Source: Kiritimatiella glycovorans (GTDB lineage Bacteria; Verrucomicrobiota; Kiritimatiellia; Kiritimatiellales; Kiritimatiellaceae). From it: DNA of 32,000 nt. The number at the start of each line of letters is the position of its first letter. Within the stretch, counting starts at the first letter, position 1. The position numbers were made by a program, and so were the translations under genes. The stretch spans positions 480,001 to 512,000 of the forward strand of contig NZ_CP010904.1 in assembly GCF_001017655.1 (NCBI RefSeq), read 5' to 3'. Shown here piece after piece: positions 16,215 to 24,030 of this stretch. A model generated the notes under the pieces. It saw nothing but the letters and a program-made list of their open reading frames with translations, made no database searches and was not told the DNA's origin.

Positions 16215-16874
16215 ATGGAAGCGGAGATGGAACGTCATTTCGCGCGGTTTCCGGCGTTGAGTTCATGTGCGGAGGAGATCCGTGACGTTTTCCGGAGGCT
16301 GGTAAGGATGTATCGCGGGGGCGGCCGGCTGCTGATTTGCGGGAACGGAGGAAGTGCGGCGGATGCGGCTCACATCGAGGGCGAGTTGATGAAGGACTTC
16401 CGGTTTTCGAGGAGGCTTCCGGAGGGTGACAGGGAAAGGCTTGTGCGGCTTTTCCCGGACGGCGGATCGCGACTGGCGGATCTGCTGACTCCCTGCCTCC
16501 CGGCCCTCGCTTTAGGTACGGGACTTTCTCTGGCCTCGGCGGTCGCGAACGATACGGCGGCGGAGATGGTGTATGCGCAGCAGGTGTACGGGTTATGCGG
16601 CGAACGCGATGCGGTGCTCGGGCTGACGACCTCCGGTTCGTCTCCGAACGTGCTCAATGCATTGAAGGTGGCGCGGCTGCGCGGGGCGGCGGTGTTCGCG
16701 ATCACGGGGCGTGGTGTTTCAGGGATGACGGAGCTCTGCGACGGCTGCATTCATATTCCGGCGACGGAGACGGCGCAGGTGCAGGAGCTGATGGTGCCCG
16801 TGTATCATCTCCTCTGCGGATTGCTGGAGGATGCCTTTTTCGGCGGGAAGGGTGGGTGCGATGCGTTATCGTGA
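16215..16874 (+). CDS. SIS-domain sugar-phosphate isomerase, GmhA/DiaA-like
   Basis: LICGNGGSAADAAHIEGELMK and GLTTSGSSPNVLNALKVARLRGAAVFAITG match the phosphoheptose-isomerase type SIS fold. A GGAGGA SD lies 6 nt upstream. Confidence 0.75.
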   Translation: MEAEMERHFARFPALSSCAEEIRDVFRRLVRMYRGGGRLLICGNGGSAADAAHIEGELMKDFRFSRRLPEGDRERLVRLFPDGGSRLADLLTPCLPALALGTGLSLASAVANDTAAEMVYAQQVYGLCGERDAVLGLTTSGSSPNVLNALKVARLRGAAVFAITGRGVSGMTELCDGCIHIPATETAQVQELMVPVYHLLCGLLEDAFFGGKGGCDALS

Positions 16875-17997
16875 GCGCTTCGTGGCCGCTCTGCGGCGGC
16901 AGCCGGTCGACCGCGCCCCGTTCGACCTCGCCGGGACCGTCCTGACCTCGGCGTGCGAAACGGTGGAACGGAGGCTGCTGGACGTGCTCGGATTTTCCGC
17001 GCCGCCGCAGCGGGAAGAAAATGCTTTTTTCGACGAACGTCTGCTGCGTCATTTCGACATCGATTTCCGCAGGGTCGGAGCGACGCTTTTCCCCGAAAGC
17101 GACCTTGCGCGGCGGATATCGGACACGGAACGCGTGAACTGCTGGGGCATCCGGCAGCGGTATACGGGGCGGTACTGGGAGATCGCGGAATCCCCGCTCC
17201 GGGGCGCGTCCGCAGAGGATCTGGACGACTATCCGTGGCCGGACCCGGGGCGGATCGACCCCTCGCGGATCGAACATTTCCGTCTGGAGGCGAAGCGTCT
17301 GCACGAGGAAACGCCTTATGTCGTATGTGCGACCCACCCGGTGCTGGGCGTATTCGAGCTGGGGTGCTGGATGTGCGGGTTCGACGATTTTCTGTTGAAG
17401 ATGGCGATCGACCGCGATTTCGTGAGGAAATTCTTCGACCGTGTTCTCGCCTATCAGAAGGAGGTTATCGAGATCTACTACGGGGCGCTCGGCGATTTTA
17501 TCGACGTCACCACCAGCGGCGATGATTTCGGGACGCAGCACGGTTTGTTCGTTTCGCCTGAGCTGTTCGCGGACATGATCGCACCCTGTTACCGCGAGCG
17601 CATCGCGTTCACGCGACGATTCACCGGCGCGCGTTTTTTTCATCACACCTGCGGTTCGGTTTATCCCGTGATCCCGGCCCTTATCGACGCCGGGGTGGAG
17701 ATCCTCAATCCGGTCCAGCCCGGCGCCCGGGACATGGAACCGGAGCGGCTTCGGGCCGCGTTCGGAGAACGTCTCAGCTTCTGGGGCGGCATCGATACCC
17801 AGTCGCTGCTTCGTGAAGGTTCGGCGGAGGACGTTCGTGCCGGCGTGGAGGGGGTGCTGGAGGCGATGCGTGCGGAGTCGGGCGGGTATGTGCTCGCCGC
17901 GGCTCACGAGATCCAGGACGACGTGCCTGCGGAGAACGTGGTGGCGATGTTCGAGGCGGCCCGGGGGTACTTCGACCGGAAGAGGTGCAGGGCATGA
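16861..17997 (+). CDS. URO-D (uroporphyrinogen decarboxylase / MtaA-type methyltransferase) fold protein, paralogue 1, function unknown
   Basis: N-terminus RERFVAALRRQPVDRAPF. Mid-protein SGDDFGTQHGLFVSPELF. FFHHTCG has an H-x-C dyad (His 17644-17646, Cys 17650-17652). The start at 16861 overlaps the SIS stop by 14 nt. The ATG at 16831 has no usable SD spacing. Confidence 0.65.
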   Translation: MRYRERFVAALRRQPVDRAPFDLAGTVLTSACETVERRLLDVLGFSAPPQREENAFFDERLLRHFDIDFRRVGATLFPESDLARRISDTERVNCWGIRQRYTGRYWEIAESPLRGASAEDLDDYPWPDPGRIDPSRIEHFRLEAKRLHEETPYVVCATHPVLGVFELGCWMCGFDDFLLKMAIDRDFVRKFFDRVLAYQKEVIEIYYGALGDFIDVTTSGDDFGTQHGLFVSPELFADMIAPCYRERIAFTRRFTGARFFHHTCGSVYPVIPALIDAGVEILNPVQPGARDMEPERLRAAFGERLSFWGGIDTQSLLREGSAEDVRAGVEGVLEAMRAESGGYVLAAAHEIQDDVPAENVVAMFEAARGYFDRKRCRA

Positions 17998-19016
17998 ACT
18001 CACGCGAACGAATGATCCGCGCCTTCGAGTACACCCGGCCGGATCGTATCCCCGTGGTCTATCACCCCTCCCCGGCGGGACTCTACGTCCATGGTCGCAA
18101 GCTGCTCGACCTATTCAACCGCTACCCGCCGGACAACCCGGTGGATTTCAGTTCGATCCACGGGCCGGATCCGGAGACGCTGAAGGGGGGCGAGTACGAC
18201 GAGATCAAAGAGGACGAGTGGGGGGTAGTGACGCGTCATCGCGTGTTCGGGATCGCCGGCCAGGTGCTCCGCCACCCGCTCGCCGACTATGCCGCGCTCG
18301 AGCACTACGTCATGCCTGAGCCCCCCGCCCTCGACTCGCCGGAGGCCCGGGCGGAGCGAAATGAGATCGAACGGCTGCGCGAAGATTATCTCGTCTTCCG
18401 CGGCGGCCTTTTTCTCTTTCACATGCTGCTCCAGCTCCGTCCGATGGATGACGTGCTGGTGGAACTCTATACGGAGGACGAACGTCTGATGCGACTGCTC
18501 GACCGGCTGACGGAGAACATGCGCGGGCGCATGGAATATATGCTGTACTGCGGGGCCGATGTCGTGATGTTCGTCGATGACTGGGGGTTTCAGGAGACGC
18601 CGATCATTTCTCCGGAACGGTTCCGCCGGATCTATCGCCCGCGTTATGAAAGGCTTTTCAGGCGTATCCACGAAGCGGGGCGGAAGGTCTTCTTCCATTC
18701 CTGCGGATTTCTCGGCCCGATCTTCGATGAACTGGCGGATATGGGGATCGACGGCATCTGGCATCAGGCGAACCGTGTGGACACGCGGGCGTTTGCCCTG
18801 AAGTGTCGCGAGCACGGTATCACCGCCTATCTGCACCCGGATCGTCAGCATCTGATGCCGTTCGGCTCGCCGGACGAAATTCGCGCCGCGGTACGGACGT
18901 ACGCCGATATTTATCACGAGCTGGGCGGGGGCGGGATTTTCTACGTCGAGATTGAAAACGACGCCCCGTGGGAAAATGTGAAAGCGCTGGTGGAGGCGAT
19001 CGATGAGTATCGTTGA
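17994..19016 (+). CDS. URO-D fold protein, paralogue 2, function unknown
   Basis: N-terminus RERMIRAFEYTRPDRIPV. Mid-protein FVDDWGFQETPIISPERF. FFHSCG has an H-x-C dyad (His 18696-18698, Cys 18702-18704). ATGA start/stop overlap with paralogue 1 at 17994-17997. Confidence 0.6.
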   Translation: MNSRERMIRAFEYTRPDRIPVVYHPSPAGLYVHGRKLLDLFNRYPPDNPVDFSSIHGPDPETLKGGEYDEIKEDEWGVVTRHRVFGIAGQVLRHPLADYAALEHYVMPEPPALDSPEARAERNEIERLREDYLVFRGGLFLFHMLLQLRPMDDVLVELYTEDERLMRLLDRLTENMRGRMEYMLYCGADVVMFVDDWGFQETPIISPERFRRIYRPRYERLFRRIHEAGRKVFFHSCGFLGPIFDELADMGIDGIWHQANRVDTRAFALKCREHGITAYLHPDRQHLMPFGSPDEIRAAVRTYADIYHELGGGGIFYVEIENDAPWENVKALVEAIDEYR

Positions 19017-19043
19017 GCGGGAAGCAGGAGGGAGGGAACGGAT

Positions 19044-20042
19044 ATGGCCCGGCTGACTTCCGCAGTGTTTACCGGAGAAGAGCCCGGGATGTCGCTGCTG
19101 CGCCCGTTCGGTGAACGGCGGATCCGGGCGGCGTTTCACGATATCGACGGCACCCATTCGCTGATCCGTGCATGGGAGCCGGTGATGAGCGCCGTGCTTT
19201 CCCGTGTGATCCGTGAGGGCCTTCCCGACGCGCCGGACGAGGCGGAGCGCATGATGGCGGGCTGCATGGACGCCCTGCGCACGGCGGAGACGGACCGGTT
19301 CTGCGTGGAATCGGCGGGGCTCTCCGCGCTGACGCAGATGGAATGGGCGCTGCGGCGCGCGTTCCAGGAGGGCGTGGCGGGCGAGGCGGGCTGGGACGAT
19401 GAAGCCAACGCGGAAATCGTGCGGCGCATCTGGGCGGGCGAGGAAGAGTATGGCGAGCTGGAGTGCCGCGAGGACCGGCGCGCCTGTATAGCCCGGCAGG
19501 CCCCGGCCCTGTTCCGGCTGTACGAGCGCGTGCTCTACAGAGCCTGCCGGGACGGAAACCTGGCGGAGGCCAGACGGGACCCCCGGCGTTACCTTGTTCC
19601 GGGAAGTCTTCGCTTCCTGAGCCGGCTCCGTGAAGCGGGGGTCCGGAATTATTTCGTGACCGGCTCGATCGTGCGGCATGACGAGTCCGGCCGGCCGGCC
19701 GGCGGGATCTATGAAGAGGCCGTAACCCTGGGCCTGTCCGTAGGGCCGGGCGGACTCGTGGAGGACCTCTACGGCTCGAGGTGGGACGAGAAGAAGCCGA
19801 AACCGGGCGTGATGAGCGAGCTGGCGCAACGACTGGACATTCCGGGCGAAGAACTCCTGGTCGTCGGCGACGGGCGGAGCGAAATCGCCGCCGGCGTGGA
19901 GATGGGGGCCCTGTGCATCAGCCGGCTCCCGCCCGAAGCCCGCCGCCAGCGAGAGATCCATTCCGGAATCGGGACGCATCTCATCGTGGAGGATTTCAAT
20001 CGCAATGCACTGATGAATATGATCAGGGAGGAGCAAAGGTGA
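19044..20042 (+). CDS. HAD-superfamily hydrolase/phosphomutase-like protein with a large cap insertion
   Basis: Motif I is FHDIDGTHS (DxDGT). The distal motif is LLVVGDGRSEIAAGVEMGA. A GGAGGGAGGGA SD lies 6 nt upstream of the ATG at 19044; an alternative ATG is at 19089. Confidence 0.45.
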   Translation: MARLTSAVFTGEEPGMSLLRPFGERRIRAAFHDIDGTHSLIRAWEPVMSAVLSRVIREGLPDAPDEAERMMAGCMDALRTAETDRFCVESAGLSALTQMEWALRRAFQEGVAGEAGWDDEANAEIVRRIWAGEEEYGELECREDRRACIARQAPALFRLYERVLYRACRDGNLAEARRDPRRYLVPGSLRFLSRLREAGVRNYFVTGSIVRHDESGRPAGGIYEEAVTLGLSVGPGGLVEDLYGSRWDEKKPKPGVMSELAQRLDIPGEELLVVGDGRSEIAAGVEMGALCISRLPPEARRQREIHSGIGTHLIVEDFNRNALMNMIREEQR

Positions 20043-20962
20043 CGAGACTACTGAATAAATATGAGGGGAATCCCGTTGTGAGCCCGGCCGACGTTCCGGG
20101 CGGCGGGGCGATGCAGGTGTTCAATCCCGGTGCGATCAAACTGAACGGAGAGTACCTGCTGCTGATGGATGTGGCCGACCTTTCCGCGTGCTATCACTTC
20201 CGGCTGGCGCGCAGCCGCGACGGCTATGCGTTCACCGTGGATGACCAGCCGGTCGACTGGCCCCCCTCCGATCCCGATTTCGAGGAGCAGAACCGGTATG
20301 ATCCGAGGATCACGAAGATCGGCGACAGCTGGTATATCATGTTTGCCGCGCGGAACGATCGGCTGGGCGTGCGCACGGGTCTCGTTTCGACCCGGGATTT
20401 CGTGCACTTCGAGCGACACCCGAACTGCAGCGAACTGAACAACCGCAACGGCGTACTCTTTCCCGAGAAAATCGGAGGCCTCTACGCCCGGCTCGACCGT
20501 CCCATGGGGAATCCGCACGTCGACCCTGCGAATATCTGGATCAGCTATTCACCGGACCTCGTGTTCTGGGGAAGAACGAAACCCGTGCTCCAGGTACGCC
20601 CCGGGGAATTCTGGGATGCCCAGAAAGTGGGCGCCGGTGCCGTGCCGATCCGTACACCGCAAGGCTGGCTGGAGATCTATCACGGGGTGGAGAAGACCTG
20701 TAACGGCTTTATCTATCGCCTCGGGGTCTGCCTGCTCGACCTCGAGGACCCCTCGAAGGTGATCGCACGCGGACGAAACTGCGTGCTGTGGCCGGAACAT
20801 GGCTACGAGGACGTCGGCCGTTCGGGTACGACGGTGTTTACCTGCAACGCGCTGCTGGAGGAGGACGGGGAGACCGTGAAGATCTACTACGGCGCGGCCG
20901 ACCGCTGCATCGGCCTGGCCGAAGGGAAACTGTCCGATCTGCTTGCAGCCTGTTACACATGA
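20039..20962 (+). CDS. Glycoside hydrolase family 130 (beta-mannoside phosphorylase/hydrolase family)
   Basis: VFNPGAIKLNGEYLLLMDV, YDPRITKIGDSWYIMFAARN, NGVLFPEKIGGLYARLDRP, GWLEIYHGV, YRLGVCLLDLEDPSKVIARG and KIYYGAADRCIGLA are GH130 (DUF377) hallmarks. The GTG start at 20039 has a GGGAGGAG SD and a GTGA overlap with the HAD stop. The ORF-track extension back to 19781 lies inside the HAD gene. Confidence 0.8.
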   Translation: MTRLLNKYEGNPVVSPADVPGGGAMQVFNPGAIKLNGEYLLLMDVADLSACYHFRLARSRDGYAFTVDDQPVDWPPSDPDFEEQNRYDPRITKIGDSWYIMFAARNDRLGVRTGLVSTRDFVHFERHPNCSELNNRNGVLFPEKIGGLYARLDRPMGNPHVDPANIWISYSPDLVFWGRTKPVLQVRPGEFWDAQKVGAGAVPIRTPQGWLEIYHGVEKTCNGFIYRLGVCLLDLEDPSKVIARGRNCVLWPEHGYEDVGRSGTTVFTCNALLEEDGETVKIYYGAADRCIGLAEGKLSDLLAACYT

Positions 20963-20999
20963 CCGGACGCGGATGTGCTGAAAACAAGGAGACGCCGTC

Positions 21000-22535
21000 A
21001 TGACCCTCGGAGCACCTCGCAGAGATCTGTTAAAAGCCGCCCTGTGTTCAGCCGCGCTTGTGAGCGTGGGGGCCTGGGCCCAATCCGCACCGCGCATGAA
21101 CGTGGTGATCATCACCACCGACGACAACGACGCGGCTTCGCTGGGCTGTTTCGGCAATCCGCTGGAGGGGGTGACGCCGCACATGGATCGGCTCGCGGCG
21201 AAGGGGGCGCGTTTCGAACACGCGCATACCACCTCGCCGACCTGCCAGCCGAGCCGGCTGTCGCTCATGACCGGGCGATACCCGCAGACGAACGGCAACA
21301 CAGGCCACGCCGACCCGCTCAAACCGGGAGTCACCACCCTCGCCGCGGAATTGAAAAAGGCCGGATACTTCACCGCCCTGGTCGGGAAGGAAGGGAACTA
21401 CGTTCCGGCAGAGGCCTTTGACTGGGACCGGCACCGTCTGAGCGCCGACCAATGGGAGCCGGATGACGGATACTGGGGCATGTGGCGTTCGCCCGAGGGA
21501 TTCTATCGGGGCACGAAAGAACTTATCGCCGAGGCGAAGAAGGCGGAGAAGCCGTTTTTCCTGCACCTGAACACCAGCGATCCACACCGTCCCTGGCCCG
21601 GCCACGTCACCGAAGTCGAACACCTTCGCAGGATGGAGTCGCGTTCGGGGCTCGAGCTTGATCCGCTGCGTCCCTGCCCGCGACAGTATTCGCCGCTCGA
21701 GGTCCCCGTGCCGGGTTATCTGCCCGATCTGCCCGGGGTGCGGGTCGATCTGGCGGACTACTACGAGTGTCTGCATCGCGCCGACCTGGCCGTGGGACGG
21801 ATGCTCCAGGCGATCGAAGAAGCAGGGGCGCGGCGCCACACGATCGTGATCTGTTTCGGCGATCAGGGGATGGCGCTGCCCACGTCAAAACAGAACATCT
21901 ATCCCTACAGCACACGCATTCCGCTGCTGATCGACTGGCCGGGCGTGACGAAGCCGGGGACGGTCGTCGGGGACACCATGGTGTCCGTGATCGATCTCAT
22001 GCCCACACTGCTGGACGGACTGGGACTGCCGCCGGTGGAGGGACTGGACGGGAAGAGCGTGCTGCCGGTGCTCAAAGGAGATCCGCAGGCGGGACGTTCC
22101 CGGGTCTTCACCTCGTACAATTACGCGCTCCCCGGAATACAGGTCTTTCCGATGCGCGCCGTGCAGACACGCGAGTTCATCTACATCTATAACGCCTGGC
22201 CGGGACGGGAGAATGCGCAGGGACAGCCGCTGCGCTACAACGGAAATTACGACGCGCTCAAGCCGATGGCCTGGCCGTCGATGCTCGAGGCCGCGAAGAC
22301 CGATCCGGAGGTTGCAGAGCGCGTCCGGTTCATCGCCCGCCGCGCCCCCGAGGAGTTCTACGACCTGCGCAGCGACCCGGATTGTCTGCACAACCGTATC
22401 GATGATCCCGAACACCGGGAGAAGATCGAGACCCTGCGCCGTCTCCTCATGCGGCAGATGGAGGAGACCGGGGATCCGCTGCTGAAAGTCTGGAAAGAGG
22501 ACGCACCTCTGCCTTCGGCGTGGATGAACCGGTAG
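21000..22535 (+). CDS. Cys-type (formylglycine) sulfatase with a Tat-like signal
   Basis: Signature TCQPSRLSLMTGRYP (C-x-P-x-R). N-terminus GAPRRDLLKAALCSAALVSVGAWA. An AAGGAG SD lies 8 nt upstream. Only 37 nt separate it from the GH130 stop, so it is probably in the same operon. Confidence 0.85.
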   Translation: MTLGAPRRDLLKAALCSAALVSVGAWAQSAPRMNVVIITTDDNDAASLGCFGNPLEGVTPHMDRLAAKGARFEHAHTTSPTCQPSRLSLMTGRYPQTNGNTGHADPLKPGVTTLAAELKKAGYFTALVGKEGNYVPAEAFDWDRHRLSADQWEPDDGYWGMWRSPEGFYRGTKELIAEAKKAEKPFFLHLNTSDPHRPWPGHVTEVEHLRRMESRSGLELDPLRPCPRQYSPLEVPVPGYLPDLPGVRVDLADYYECLHRADLAVGRMLQAIEEAGARRHTIVICFGDQGMALPTSKQNIYPYSTRIPLLIDWPGVTKPGTVVGDTMVSVIDLMPTLLDGLGLPPVEGLDGKSVLPVLKGDPQAGRSRVFTSYNYALPGIQVFPMRAVQTREFIYIYNAWPGRENAQGQPLRYNGNYDALKPMAWPSMLEAAKTDPEVAERVRFIARRAPEEFYDLRSDPDCLHNRIDDPEHREKIETLRRLLMRQMEETGDPLLKVWKEDAPLPSAWMNR

Positions 22536-22675
22536 GTGCCGATCCCCGCGGCCCCCGGGGGGCACGAAAGCATGCGACGCCTGCGGCGGATCCCGGAGAC
22601 GGGACCCGTGCACAAAGCATGCCGGAGCGTTTACGAACCGCGCATCCCTTCGGAGCCCGGCGGTATGCCCGCCGC

Positions 22676-23839
22676 CTACGTCGATGCGTATTCCTTGATC
22701 AGCGCCCCGCCGATGATGTCGCGCTGGATCTGGTTGGTGCCCTCGTAGATCTGGAGGATCTTGGCGTCGCGCATCATCTTCTCGACCGGGTATTCGCGCA
22801 TGAAGCCGTAACCGCCGAGCATCTGGACACAGTCGGTCGTGATGTCCATGCAGACGTCCGTGGCATAGACCTTGCACATGGCGGAGAGTTTGGAGACGTT
22901 TTTCGCACCGCTGTCGATCGTGCGCGAGACCGAATAGACCAGCGCGCGGGCCGCCTCGATCCGGGTGGCCATATCCGCCGCCATCCACTGCAGGCCCTGA
23001 TTGGCGATCACGGGCTTTCCGAACTGGTGGCGCTCGCGCGTGTACTTCATCGCCTCGTCGAGCGCGCCCTGGGCCAGGCCGACGCCCTGGATGGCGATGC
23101 CGGGGCGGGAGATGTCAAAGGTCTTCATCGCCAGCAGGAAACCCGAGCCTTCGCGTCCGATCAGGTTTTCGGCGGGGACCTCGCAGTCCTCGAAGATCAG
23201 TTCGCGGGTGGCCGAGGCGCGAATGCCCAGCTTGTTTTCCTTCTTGCCGAAGGTGAATCCCGGGGTGTCCTTTTCGACGACGAAACAGGATACGCCGCGG
23301 GGCCCCTTGCTGCGGTCGGTGACGGCGAAGACCGTGTAGATATCCGCTTCGCCGCCGTTGGTGATCCACTGCTTGGTGCCGTTCAGGACGTATTTGTCGC
23401 CTTTCTTCTCCGCGGTGGTGGCGATGGCGCTGACATCGCTTCCCGCGTTGGGTTCGGTCAGGCCGAACGCGGCGAGTTTCTCGCCGGAGGCGAGCGGCGG
23501 GAGGAATTTTTTCTTCTGCTCATCCGAAGCCCCGATAAGGATCGGGTCGGCGCCGAGGCCGTTGGCGGCGAAAGAGACGGAAACGCCGATGCAGGCACGG
23601 CTGAGTTCCTCGATCGCGAGGATGAAGTTGAGCCCCGGTCCGCCGAACCCGCCGTACTCTTCGGGAATGTAGAGCCCCATCATGTCCATCTGCGCCAGTT
23701 CTTTGAGCAGCTCCGTCGGAAACGCTTCCTTCTCGTCGAGTTCGGCGCGCACGGGAACCACGCGCTCCTCGGCGAACTCGCGCATGATCGATCGGATCTC
23801 CTGCTGTTCTTCGGTCAAACCGTAATCCACTTCCGCCAT
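22676..23839 (-). CDS. Acyl-CoA dehydrogenase (short/medium-chain, butyryl-CoA dehydrogenase-like)
   Basis: MAEVDYGLTEEQQEIRSIMREFAEERVVPVRAELDEKEAFPTELLKELAQMDMMGLYIPEEYGG, followed by the ACAD middle and C-terminal domains (QWITNGGEADIYTVFA, YEGTNQIQRDIIG). An AAGGAG SD lies upstream. Confidence 0.85.
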   Translation of the reverse strand: MAEVDYGLTEEQQEIRSIMREFAEERVVPVRAELDEKEAFPTELLKELAQMDMMGLYIPEEYGGFGGPGLNFILAIEELSRACIGVSVSFAANGLGADPILIGASDEQKKKFLPPLASGEKLAAFGLTEPNAGSDVSAIATTAEKKGDKYVLNGTKQWITNGGEADIYTVFAVTDRSKGPRGVSCFVVEKDTPGFTFGKKENKLGIRASATRELIFEDCEVPAENLIGREGSGFLLAMKTFDISRPGIAIQGVGLAQGALDEAMKYTRERHQFGKPVIANQGLQWMAADMATRIEAARALVYSVSRTIDSGAKNVSKLSAMCKVYATDVCMDITTDCVQMLGGYGFMREYPVEKMMRDAKILQIYEGTNQIQRDIIGGALIKEYAST

Positions 23840-23961
23840 GTCCGTCTCCTTTACCCGGTCGATACGCCGGCAAAATGATGGTTAAGAAGGGGCGAGTGAA
23901 TCAGGTTCAGCGCGGAAATGCAAGACACGGAGGGGCGGGGAGGGAATCGGGGAGAGGCAGG

Positions 23962-24030
23962 GTCAGAGTCAGAGTTGGAGTCAGAGTCAGAGTCAGAGTC
24001 AGAGTCGGAGTCGGAGTCAGAGTCAGAGTA
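23962..24030. repeat. Hexanucleotide microsatellite (GTCAGA)n, 11 units (8 perfect; variants GTTGGA and GTCGGA x2)
   Basis: Read directly from the sequence at 23962-24027, plus a partial unit. It lies 123 nt upstream of the ACAD start codon and directly abuts the left inverted repeat of the IS element. Confidence 0.9.

Noticed and set aside
16861-19016. Annotating the URO-D-fold genes as hemE (uroporphyrinogen decarboxylase)
   Set aside because: The HemE-type N-terminal PxWxMRQAGR motif is absent. There are two divergent paralogues inside a sugar operon, and no tetrapyrrole genes are nearby. Only the fold family is asserted.
16702-20036. Minus-strand ORFs of 433 aa (16702-18003) and 641 aa (18111-20036) opposite the URO-D/HAD genes
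   Set aside because: They are antisense shadow ORFs. The plus-strand genes have SDs, start/stop coupling and family motifs, and the minus-strand translations have none.
19781-20038. 86-codon N-terminal extension of the GH130 ORF
   Set aside because: It lies wholly inside the HAD gene in another frame, and its translation is Arg/Gly/Pro-rich junk. The GTG at 20039 has a good SD and gives a typical GH130 N-terminus.
22520-23878. 452-aa plus-strand ORF opposite the acyl-CoA dehydrogenase
   Set aside because: It is an antisense shadow ORF. The minus-strand frame is an unmistakable ACAD.
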